DNA of 25,796 nt from a bacterium (GTDB lineage Bacteria > Sysuimicrobiota > Sysuimicrobiia > Sysuimicrobiales > Kaftiobacteriaceae), in assembly GCA_044868695.1 (NCBI GenBank), contig JBIOWP010000042.1, forward strand, positions 1-25,796, written 5' to 3'. A model generated the notes under the pieces. It worked only from the letters and a program-made list of their open reading frames with translations, had not been told where the DNA came from and made no database searches. Shown here in pieces: positions 1 to 8,101 of the stretch. The position numbers were made by a program, and so were the translations under genes. Position 1 is the stretch's first letter, and each line of letters opens with the position of its first letter.

Positions 1-1
1 G

Positions 2-781
2 CTGTATGACGTGGATGTCCGCGGCCCGCAGCTGCGCGACGTGTTCGAGCGGGAGCGGCCGGAGATCGTCAACCATCATGCCGCCCAGGTTTCCGTGGTG
101 GCGTCGGTGGCCGATCCGCGCACCGACGCCGAGATCAACATCATGGGCACGATGCACCTGCTGACGCTGTGCGCCCAGTTCGGCGTGCGGCGGTTCGTGT
201 TTGCGTCGACCGGAGGCGCGATCTACGGCGAACCGCAGTACATGCCCGCCGACGAACAGCATCCCGCCCTGCCCCTGGCCCCCTACGGTCTGAGCAAACT
301 CGCCGCCGAGTCCTACGTGCGCTACTCCGGGAGTGCCGGACTGTCCTGGGGGATCCTGCGGTACGCCAACGTCTACGGACCCCGGCAGGATCCTCACGGC
401 GAGGCGGGGGTGGTGGCGATCTTCGCGCAGGCCATGCTGGACGGCCGCGCGCCGACGGTCTTTGGGGATGGGACCCAGACGCGCGACTTTGTCTTCGTCG
501 AAGACGTCGCCCGCGCCAGCCTGCTGGCCACGACCGCAGCGACCTCGGATGTCGCGAACGTCGGTACCGGCGTGGAAACTTCGGTCAACGAGATCGTGCG
601 GCATCTCGCGGATCTCACCGGGTTCCGCGGTACGGCGCTGCATGCCGCACCCCGGGCCGGCGAAGTCCACCGCATCGCGCTGAACCCTGCCAAGGCGCAG
701 CGCTGGCTGGGCTGGACCGCCGGTACCTCGCTGGTCGATGGACTGCGCAACACGGTCGCCTGGTTTCAACGGTCCCGCTAG
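2..781 (+). CDS. NAD-dependent epimerase/dehydratase (UDP-glucose 4-epimerase-like extended SDR), 5'-truncated by the window edge
   Basis: Frame is open from position 2. Motifs HHAAQ, FASTGGAIYG, YGLSK (YxxxK), RYANVYGPRQDPHGEAGVV and GDGTQTRDF. The N-terminal GxxGxxG lies upstream of the window. Confidence 0.88.
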   Translation: MYDVDVRGPQLRDVFERERPEIVNHHAAQVSVVASVADPRTDAEINIMGTMHLLTLCAQFGVRRFVFASTGGAIYGEPQYMPADEQHPALPLAPYGLSKLAAESYVRYSGSAGLSWGILRYANVYGPRQDPHGEAGVVAIFAQAMLDGRAPTVFGDGTQTRDFVFVEDVARASLLATTAATSDVANVGTGVETSVNEIVRHLADLTGFRGTALHAAPRAGEVHRIALNPAKAQRWLGWTAGTSLVDGLRNTVAWFQRSR

Positions 782-860
782 CGCAGGGATGAGTCCCCGC
801 GGTTATCGAACTCCCTAGGCAGCATCCCCTCAACAGGAACGAAGAGACTGGAGCGCCGCG

Positions 861-2585
861 GTGAGCATCCGGCCGGGTGGTGATCGCATCGGGCACTTTG
901 CCCTCGTGCTGCACGCCCACCTGCCCTTTGTGCTCGGACACGGACGCTGGCCGCACGGCAGCGACTGGCTGATGGAGGTCGCGCTCGGCTGCTACCTGCC
1001 GCTCCTGGACACGATCGGCGGCCTCGCGGCGGCGGGCACCTCTCCCCGTCTCACGATCGACATCTCTCCGGTGCTGGCCGAGCAGCTTGCCGCGCCCGCG
1101 TTCCGCGTGGGATTCGAAGCCTACCTGCGGGAACGCATGCAGTCCGCGCGGGAGAACCGCGCCGAGTTCGAGGCGGCCGCTCACCCGGAGCTGGCGCAGC
1201 TGGCCGTGGGGTGGGAAGAGCTGTACCGCAACCGGCTCGCGCAGTTCGAACGGCTCAACGGCGACCTCCCCGCCGCCTTCCGGTCCCTGGCCGACGCGGG
1301 CCACGTGACGCTGATCACATGCGCGGCGACGCACGGGTACCTGCCGCTTTTGTGCCGCGACGAGTCGGTCGAGCTGCAGCTGCGCGTTTCAGTCGCCTCG
1401 CACCAGCGAAACTTCGGCGCCCGGCCGGAGGGCATCTGGCTCCCGGAATGCGCGTACCGGCCTCGCTATGAGTGGACACCTCCGGTAGGACCTGGCAAGG
1501 GCCGCCTGCGCTACCGGCGGCGCGGGATCGAGGAATTTCTGGCCGTCGCCGGCCTGCGGTTTTTCATGACCGACCTCCACCTGGTCCGCGGCGGAGGCCC
1601 GCTATCCGCGTACCACGACTACTACCCGGTGCTGCAGACCCTGGCGGGCCCGGAGCCCCCGGCCTACCGGCCGGAGCGATCCCCGCACAGGCCGTACCTC
1701 GTCGCGTCGCGCGGAGGGCACGGGACGGCCGCCGCGTTCGTGCGCGACCCTGACACAACCGTGCAGGTGTGGAGCCGCGACCGCGGCTATCCGGGGGACG
1801 GGTGGTACCTGGAGTTCCACAAGAAACACGCGCGCGGCGGGCTGCGCTACTGGCGGGTGACCGAGGCGAAGACCGCGCTCGATGCCAAGCAGCCCTACGA
1901 TCCACAGCAGGCGGCGGAGCGGACGCGCGCGCAGGCGGCACACTTCGTCGACCTGGTGCGCCGCGTGGCGGCGGCGGCCCCCGAGGCGCCGCACGCGGTG
2001 GTGTGCAGCCCTTACGACGCCGAGTTGTTCGGCCACTGGTGGTTTGAGGGCCCGCGCTGGATGGCGGAAGTCTTTGCGCGCCTCCCAGAGGCCGGCATCG
2101 AGCCGGTCGACTGCGCCGCATACCTGCGAGCCCACCCGCCGCAGGACACCATTACGCTGCTGGAGGGCTCGTGGGGCGAGGGCGGGGATCACCGGGTGTG
2201 GCTGAACCGGGACACCGAGTGGACCTGGGAGCGGGTGTACGGCGCGGAAGAGGAGTTCTGGGCGCTCGCCCGGCAGGTGCGCGACCGTCCGGCGGATCCG
2301 GCGCGGCGCATCCTCGCCCAGCTCGCGCGTGAGCTGCTGCTGCTGCAGGCATCGGACTGGCAGTTTCTCATCACGACCTGGTCGGCGCGCGACTACGCCG
2401 AGGCGCGTGTCGACGATCACTATGCCGCCTTTACGCGCCTCGCACAGATGCTGCGGGCCAGCCTCGGCGGCGGGGCGCTGCCGCCGTCGGACGAGGAGTT
2501 CCTGACCGCCCGCGAAGCGCAAAACTTCCTGTTCCCCGACGTCCTGGCGCATGTCCTGGAGGCCTGCCGCGTGAACGCGGCGTAG
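861..2585 (+). CDS. GH57 family 1,4-alpha-glucan branching enzyme (DUF1957 C-terminal domain type)
   Basis: GH57 conserved regions HAHLP, WLPECAY (nucleophile Glu), PYDAELFGHWWFEG (acid/base Asp) and ASDWQF. GGAG lies just upstream of the GTG start. Confidence 0.9.
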   Translation: MSIRPGGDRIGHFALVLHAHLPFVLGHGRWPHGSDWLMEVALGCYLPLLDTIGGLAAAGTSPRLTIDISPVLAEQLAAPAFRVGFEAYLRERMQSARENRAEFEAAAHPELAQLAVGWEELYRNRLAQFERLNGDLPAAFRSLADAGHVTLITCAATHGYLPLLCRDESVELQLRVSVASHQRNFGARPEGIWLPECAYRPRYEWTPPVGPGKGRLRYRRRGIEEFLAVAGLRFFMTDLHLVRGGGPLSAYHDYYPVLQTLAGPEPPAYRPERSPHRPYLVASRGGHGTAAAFVRDPDTTVQVWSRDRGYPGDGWYLEFHKKHARGGLRYWRVTEAKTALDAKQPYDPQQAAERTRAQAAHFVDLVRRVAAAAPEAPHAVVCSPYDAELFGHWWFEGPRWMAEVFARLPEAGIEPVDCAAYLRAHPPQDTITLLEGSWGEGGDHRVWLNRDTEWTWERVYGAEEEFWALARQVRDRPADPARRILAQLARELLLLQASDWQFLITTWSARDYAEARVDDHYAAFTRLAQMLRASLGGGALPPSDEEFLTAREAQNFLFPDVLAHVLEACRVNAA

Positions 2586-2595
2586 TCTCACCGTT

Positions 2596-3795
2596 GTGAC
2601 CCGCCCGCGCGTTCTGGCGTTCGTGCTTGCCGGCGGCAAAGGCGAGCGGCTCTACCCGCTGACCCGGGAACGGGGCAAACCCGCCGTGCCGTTCGGCGGA
2701 AAGTACCGGATCATCGACTTCGTCCTGAGCAACCTCGTCAACTCAGGCGTCTACGCCCTCTACGTGCTCGTACAGTACAAGGCGCAGTCGCTGATCGAGC
2801 ACCTGCGCAACGCCTGGCGTCTGGGCGGCCTGCCGGACCACTTCGTGATCGTCGTCCCCCCACAGATGCGGTGGGGGGAGACCTGGTACCAGGGCACGGC
2901 CGACGCCGTGTACCAGAACCTCAACCTGCTGCTGGACTTCGCCCCCGATGTCATCGCCATCTTCGGCGCCGACCACGTCTACCGCATGGACATCGGCCAG
3001 ATGCTGGCCTTTCATCAGGAACGCGGCGCGGAGGCGACGGTGGCCGCGCTGCCCGTCCCGGCGGCCCAGGCGCGCAGCTTCGGCGTGATGGCGACTGAGC
3101 CGGACGGCCGCATCGTGCGGTTCGACGAGAAGCCGTCGTCGCCGGCCACCATGCCGGGGGATCCGTCTCGCGTCCTGGCGTCCATGGGAAACTACCTGTT
3201 TACGCGTGAGGCGCTCGTGGAGACGCTGGTCGAGGATGCGCGCCGCAGCACCGACCACGACTTCGGCCGGACGATCCTGCCCGAACTCATCCCGCACGCG
3301 CGCGTCTTCGCCTACAACTTCCTGGAGAACGCCGTTCCGGGCATACAACCGTATGAGGAGATCGGATACTGGCGGGACGTCGGTACCATCGAGGCCTACT
3401 GGCAGGCACACATGGATCTGCTCGGCCGCTCGCCCAGACTCGACCTGGCGAATGCGCAGTGGCCGATCTACACGGCGGCCTACCGCGGTCCGTCCGCGCG
3501 GGTGATCGACGGGACGATTGAGGACAGCCTCATGGGAGAAGGCAGCCGCGTGGAAGATGCGGCCGTCCGCCGGTCGATCCTCGGACGGGGGGTCCGCGTG
3601 CAGCCCGGCGCGGTCGTGGAAGAGTCGATCGTGCTGGACCACACGACCGTCGGGGCCGGCGCGCATCTCCGGCGGGTCATCGCCGACCGGTACAACGTGA
3701 TCCCGGAAGGCGCGCGGGTCGGCCTGGAGGCCGCGGCGGGCGACGACGCAGGGATCACCGTGCTGCCGCGCGGCCCGACCAGGGCTCCGCTCTAA
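2596..3795 (+). CDS. glgC: Glucose-1-phosphate adenylyltransferase (ADP-glucose pyrophosphorylase)
   Basis: LAGGKGERLYPLT...KPAVPFGGKYRIIDF, WYQGTADAV, FDEKP, ASMGNYLF, DFG and YWRDVGT motifs, followed by C-terminal beta-helix-like repeats. Confidence 0.95.
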   Translation: MTRPRVLAFVLAGGKGERLYPLTRERGKPAVPFGGKYRIIDFVLSNLVNSGVYALYVLVQYKAQSLIEHLRNAWRLGGLPDHFVIVVPPQMRWGETWYQGTADAVYQNLNLLLDFAPDVIAIFGADHVYRMDIGQMLAFHQERGAEATVAALPVPAAQARSFGVMATEPDGRIVRFDEKPSSPATMPGDPSRVLASMGNYLFTREALVETLVEDARRSTDHDFGRTILPELIPHARVFAYNFLENAVPGIQPYEEIGYWRDVGTIEAYWQAHMDLLGRSPRLDLANAQWPIYTAAYRGPSARVIDGTIEDSLMGEGSRVEDAAVRRSILGRGVRVQPGAVVEESIVLDHTTVGAGAHLRRVIADRYNVIPEGARVGLEAAAGDDAGITVLPRGPTRAPL

Positions 3796-3802
3796 CGACG
3801 GT

Positions 3803-6232
3803 ATGAGTTCACACTGGGTGGTCGTGCACGGGCACTTCTACCAGCCCGCCCGAGAAAATCCCTGGCTGGATGCCGTGGCGCTGCAGGATGCCGCCGCGCC
3901 GTACCACGATTGGAACGAGCGGGTCAACGCGGAATGCTACGCGCGCAACGCCGCCGCCCGCATGCTCGACGACGCCGGGCACATCGTCCGCATTGTCAAC
4001 AACTACGCCGCCATCAGCTTCAACGCCGGTCCCACGCTTCTGCGGTGGCTGGCGCGGCAGGCGCCGCCGGTGCACGCCGCCATGCTCGAAGGCGACCGCG
4101 TCAGCCGGCAGGCACACTTCGGCCACGGCAACGCCATCGCGCAGGTGTACAACCACGTCATCATGCCGCTGGCCTCCCCGAGGGACCAGGAGACCCAGGT
4201 CGTGTGGGGCATCAAGGACTTCGAGCGGCGATTCCGTCGGCGTCCGGAAGGCATGTGGCTGCCGGAGACCGCGGTGGACATCCCCACGCTGGAGGTCCTG
4301 GCCGCCCACCGGATGGCGTTCACCATCCTGTCTCCTCACCAGGCGTGGCGCATCCGGGGCGGACCGGACAGCCCCTGGTTCTACGTCGCCGAGGGCGCGC
4401 TGGATACCGCCGTGCCGTACCGGTGCCGCCTGCCGAGCGGGCGGTCGATCGCCATCTTCTTTTACGACGCCGCCCTCTCGCGCGCCATCGCCTTTGAAGG
4501 ATTGCTGAGCGACGGCGGCGCCCTCGCGCAGCGGCTGGCCGCCCCCATGGGCGGCGGGGACCCCCTGCCCCATCCGGCGCCGGCCGGCGGCCGACACATC
4601 CGCGTCGTGGCCACAGACGGCGAGTCCTACGGACACCATCACCGGTTCGGCGAAATGGCGCTGGCGTTCGCGCAGCAGCGGCTGGCCGCGGGCGAGGACG
4701 TACGGGTGACGAACTTCGGGGCGTACCTGGCGATGCATCCGCCGACCGCGGACGTGGAAATCCGCGAACGCACCTCGTGGAGCTGCCCGCACGGCGTCGA
4801 GCGATGGCGCGCCGACTGCGGCTGCAACACCGGAAAGGGATTTCACCAGCGATGGCGCGGCCCGCTGCGCGAGGCGATCTCCTGGCTGAAGCAGGAACTG
4901 GACGCGCTATTTGAGCACCAGACGGGCGGGCTGCTGCAGGATCCCTGGGCCGCGCGGGACGACGCCATCGATCTGGTCGATGCGGACCCCGGGGCGGGCG
5001 AGGCATTGCTTGCGCGTCACGGGCGGCCGGGGCTGGGCACCGAGCAGCGCCGGGGGGCCCTGCGCCTGCTGGAGGTGCAGCGCCAGGGCATGCTGATGCA
5101 GAGCAGCGACGGGTGGTTCTTCGACGACATCGCCGGTCCGGAGACGGTCCAGATCCTCACGCACGCCGCGCGGGCGCTCGACCTCGCCCGTGGGTGGAAC
5201 GACACCCTGGAGGCGGCCTTTACTCAGCGGCTGCGCGAGGCGCCCGGCAACACGGCCGAGCAGCCCGACGGCGCGGCGGTGTATGACGCTCAGGTGCGGC
5301 CGCAGGCGGTGCCTCCGGTCCGGCTGGTGGCGATGCACGCAATCGCCTCGCTCGTGGAGCATCCGCCCCGGATCGCCTCCCCCGCCGTGGCGATCCACCC
5401 GCTGGACGCCGAGCGCGCCGAGGCGGGCGGGCACCGCCTGCTCGTGGGCCGGGTGCGCCTCGACGCGCCCATCACGGGGGATCACCATGAAGCGGCGTAT
5501 GCCGTGGTGCACTTCGGGGGGCACGAGGTGCACTGCGCGGCGCGCGTCGATGTTCCGGCGGAGCAATTTGCGGAGTTCCGGGCGGCGCTGCTGCGCCGGT
5601 TCGGGAGGGACGTGCTCAGTGAGGTCATGCGCGCGCTTGACGCGGCGCTGGGCCCGGCCTACTTCACCCTGCGCGATCTTCCCCTCGAGGACCGCCGGCG
5701 CATCCTCGCAGCCCTGACCGCGCAGCAACTGCAGGCGCTGGATGAGACGTACCGGCGCGTCTACCAGGAGAACCGCGCGCTGATGCAGTATCTGCGAGAT
5801 GCGCAGGCGCCCATCCCGCCCCCGATGGTGCTGGCGGCCGTCGTCGTCCTGACCCGCGATCTCGAAGCCGAGCTGGGCGCCCCGCCGGACCGGGCGCTGT
5901 CACGCCGGTCGTCCGAACTAGTCGGGGAGCTGCGGTCGTGGGGCCGCGACGTCCGCGCCGACCGGTTCGAGCCGCTGCTGCGCGCCCGCCTCGAGGGTGC
6001 GCTGGGAGGATCGCAACCGGCCCGCGAGCGGCTGGAGCGCGCGGCAGAGGTCCTGGATCTGGCGGAGGCGGCGGGCGTGACGCTGGAAGTGTGGGAGGCG
6101 CAGAACCGGTTCTACGACCTCGTGCGGGCGGCACGCGCGCAGGAGGCCGCGGACCTCTTACGCGCGGTCGGCACGCGCCTCTCCTTCAACATGGACCGGC
6201 TGATGGCCGAGAGCGCCCTGGGATACGCATGA
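3803..6232 (+). CDS. GH57 family glycoside hydrolase with DUF3536 C-terminal domain
   Basis: HGHFYQP-REN-PW, WLPETA, TDGESYGHH, SWSCxHGVERW and GWFFDD motifs; 809 aa. Confidence 0.88.
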   Translation: MSSHWVVVHGHFYQPARENPWLDAVALQDAAAPYHDWNERVNAECYARNAAARMLDDAGHIVRIVNNYAAISFNAGPTLLRWLARQAPPVHAAMLEGDRVSRQAHFGHGNAIAQVYNHVIMPLASPRDQETQVVWGIKDFERRFRRRPEGMWLPETAVDIPTLEVLAAHRMAFTILSPHQAWRIRGGPDSPWFYVAEGALDTAVPYRCRLPSGRSIAIFFYDAALSRAIAFEGLLSDGGALAQRLAAPMGGGDPLPHPAPAGGRHIRVVATDGESYGHHHRFGEMALAFAQQRLAAGEDVRVTNFGAYLAMHPPTADVEIRERTSWSCPHGVERWRADCGCNTGKGFHQRWRGPLREAISWLKQELDALFEHQTGGLLQDPWAARDDAIDLVDADPGAGEALLARHGRPGLGTEQRRGALRLLEVQRQGMLMQSSDGWFFDDIAGPETVQILTHAARALDLARGWNDTLEAAFTQRLREAPGNTAEQPDGAAVYDAQVRPQAVPPVRLVAMHAIASLVEHPPRIASPAVAIHPLDAERAEAGGHRLLVGRVRLDAPITGDHHEAAYAVVHFGGHEVHCAARVDVPAEQFAEFRAALLRRFGRDVLSEVMRALDAALGPAYFTLRDLPLEDRRRILAALTAQQLQALDETYRRVYQENRALMQYLRDAQAPIPPPMVLAAVVVLTRDLEAELGAPPDRALSRRSSELVGELRSWGRDVRADRFEPLLRARLEGALGGSQPARERLERAAEVLDLAEAAGVTLEVWEAQNRFYDLVRAARAQEAADLLRAVGTRLSFNMDRLMAESALGYA

Positions 6233-6882
6233 GCACGCAGCCGCCGTTTGAGTTCGTCGAATGCCTGGAACTGCGCGAGATGCTCGGCCGCGCGGCATGG
6301 GACGAGCGCGAGCTCCTGGCCGGCATCGAAGATGTCCCCTCCGACTCCCTCCGCTACCACACCCGCAGCTACTTCCTGCGCAGCCGCTACCTGCCCGCGC
6401 CGTATCCCAACGACTTCGCCACCTGGGCGGCGATTCAGGTGCGGGACCGCGTGCTGGGCGAGCGCCTGGCCGTCGTAGACCCGTTTGGGTTCTCTGACAT
6501 CGAGCTGCTGCGCGCGGAGCTGAGCACGATCGTCGACAGCCACCTCGCGTCGCTGCCGTCGGTTCCCCGCGTCGACTACGGCGAGCCGTTCCACTTCATG
6601 CGGTCGGTGTTGATCGAAGTCCCGACCGGGGTGATGACCACCACGCTGAGGGAATTCCGCGACGGCCTGGCCCGCGTCGACGCCAGCGCCATCTACTATC
6701 ACTTCTACGAGTCCGCCCGCCGGCGCCCGGAGGCCGACCCGCTGGCCTGGCTGGAGGAGCACCGGCTGGCCGACGTCGCCGCGCGGGTGCGTAAGTTGAA
6801 CCCTTACATGAGCAGCCTGGACGGCACGCGGTCGCAGCTGCTGGCCATCTGCGATCAGGTGCTGGGGCATCCCAATGGCTGA
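6229..6882 (+). CDS. DUF5752-like protein (TreT-associated, function unknown), 217 aa
   Basis: Likely start is the ATG at 6229 (ATGA overlap with the upstream stop), giving MSTQPPFEF. Motifs SLRYH...YPNDFATW and SAIYYHF...LAW show an internal two-fold repeat. Directly precedes treT. Confidence 0.8.
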   Translation: MSTQPPFEFVECLELREMLGRAAWDERELLAGIEDVPSDSLRYHTRSYFLRSRYLPAPYPNDFATWAAIQVRDRVLGERLAVVDPFGFSDIELLRAELSTIVDSHLASLPSVPRVDYGEPFHFMRSVLIEVPTGVMTTTLREFRDGLARVDASAIYYHFYESARRRPEADPLAWLEEHRLADVAARVRKLNPYMSSLDGTRSQLLAICDQVLGHPNG

Positions 6883-8101
6883 ACCCGCGATCCGCCTCGA
6901 CGATTACCACAGCGTCGTCACCCCCGGCACCGTGGACCTGCTCCGGAGGCTGGCGGACCGCGTGCGGGGGCGGTCGTTGCTGCACGTGAACTCCACGCGC
7001 GTGGGCGGCGGCGTGGCCGAGATGCTGGAGCGGTACGTGCCGCTGTTCAGCGAGTTGGGACTGACGGTGCGGTGGGAGGTCATCTCAGGCGCTGAGGAGT
7101 TCTTCCGGGTGACTAAGAGTTTTCACAACGCGCTCCAGGGCCAGGAACAGGCGTTCACCGATGCGATGTTTCAGGCCTACTTGGAGGCCAACCGTGAGAA
7201 CGCGGCCCGGCTGAACTTGAATGCCGACGTCGTCATCATCCACGATCCCCAGCCGGCCGCGCTGATCGCCGGCGGCCCGGGCAAAGTCTCCTCCGACCGG
7301 ACCGGACGCTGGGTGTGGCGCTGCCACATCGACGTCTCCCGTCCTCAGCGCCGCGCGTGGGCGTTTCTCCGGCAGTTCGTCACCCAGTATGACGGCGCGA
7401 TCTTCTCGCTGCCAAAGTTCGCCCAGCGGCTGCCGATCCCGCAGTACCTCATTTATCCAAGCATCGACCCGCTGTCGGAGAAAAACCGTGATCTCACCGC
7501 TCAGGAGATCGCCGCGGTGCTGGAGCGGCTCAGCGTGCCGCAGGACAAACCGATCCTGCTCCAAGTGTCCCGGTTCGACCGGTTCAAGGATCCCATCGGG
7601 GTCATCAACGCGTATCGTCTGGTAAAGAAATACGATGACTGCCGGCTGGTGCTGGCCGGCGGGTCGGCGGACGACGATCCGGAAGGCGCCCAGGTCCTCG
7701 CCGAGGTGATGGAGGCCGCGGGTAGCGACCCGGACCTTCACGTGCTGGTCCTGCCGCCCAATGCGCACCATGAAATCAACGCGCTGCAGCGGGCGGCGGC
7801 GATCATCATCCAGAAATCCACCCGCGAAGGCTTCGGGCTCACGGTGGCGGAGGGCATGTGGAAGGGCAAGCCGGTGATCGGCGGGTTCGCCGGCGGTATC
7901 ACCGTGCAGATCATCTACGGCGTCACGGGGTACACCGTGAACTCGGTCGAAGGCTGCGCCTTCAGGATCCGCTATCTCCTGCACAACCCGGAACTGGCCG
8001 CGCAGATGGGGCAGCAGGCCCGCGAGTATGTCCGGGAGCGCTTCCTCATCACCCGCGATTTGGCTGAACACCTCGCGCTGATGGTGACCCTGCGCCGCTA
8101 G
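6875..8101 (+). CDS. treT: Trehalose synthase (glycosyl-transferring, GT4)
   Basis: HVNST..GGGVAEML, TKSFHNALQG, IHDPQP, WRCHID, QVSRFDRFKDP and QKSTREGFGLTVAEGMWKGKPV motifs typical of TreT. Confidence 0.88.
   Translation: MAEPAIRLDDYHSVVTPGTVDLLRRLADRVRGRSLLHVNSTRVGGGVAEMLERYVPLFSELGLTVRWEVISGAEEFFRVTKSFHNALQGQEQAFTDAMFQAYLEANRENAARLNLNADVVIIHDPQPAALIAGGPGKVSSDRTGRWVWRCHIDVSRPQRRAWAFLRQFVTQYDGAIFSLPKFAQRLPIPQYLIYPSIDPLSEKNRDLTAQEIAAVLERLSVPQDKPILLQVSRFDRFKDPIGVINAYRLVKKYDDCRLVLAGGSADDDPEGAQVLAEVMEAAGSDPDLHVLVLPPNAHHEINALQRAAAIIIQKSTREGFGLTVAEGMWKGKPVIGGFAGGITVQIIYGVTGYTVNSVEGCAFRIRYLLHNPELAAQMGQQAREYVRERFLITRDLAEHLALMVTLRR

Noticed and set aside
784..835. GGGATGAGTCCCC hairpin resembling the start of a fluoride riboswitch
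   Set aside because: Lacks the downstream GCUGAUGAC-type element and pseudoknot partner, and the downstream gene is not fluoride related.
5938..6228. N-terminal extensions given by the ORF track (5938, 13492, 14658, 10436, 12351, 20084, 21511 starts)
   Set aside because: The extensions overlap upstream genes or leaders and are low-complexity Arg/Pro/Gly-rich. Internal starts with stop/start overlaps or an SD fit better.
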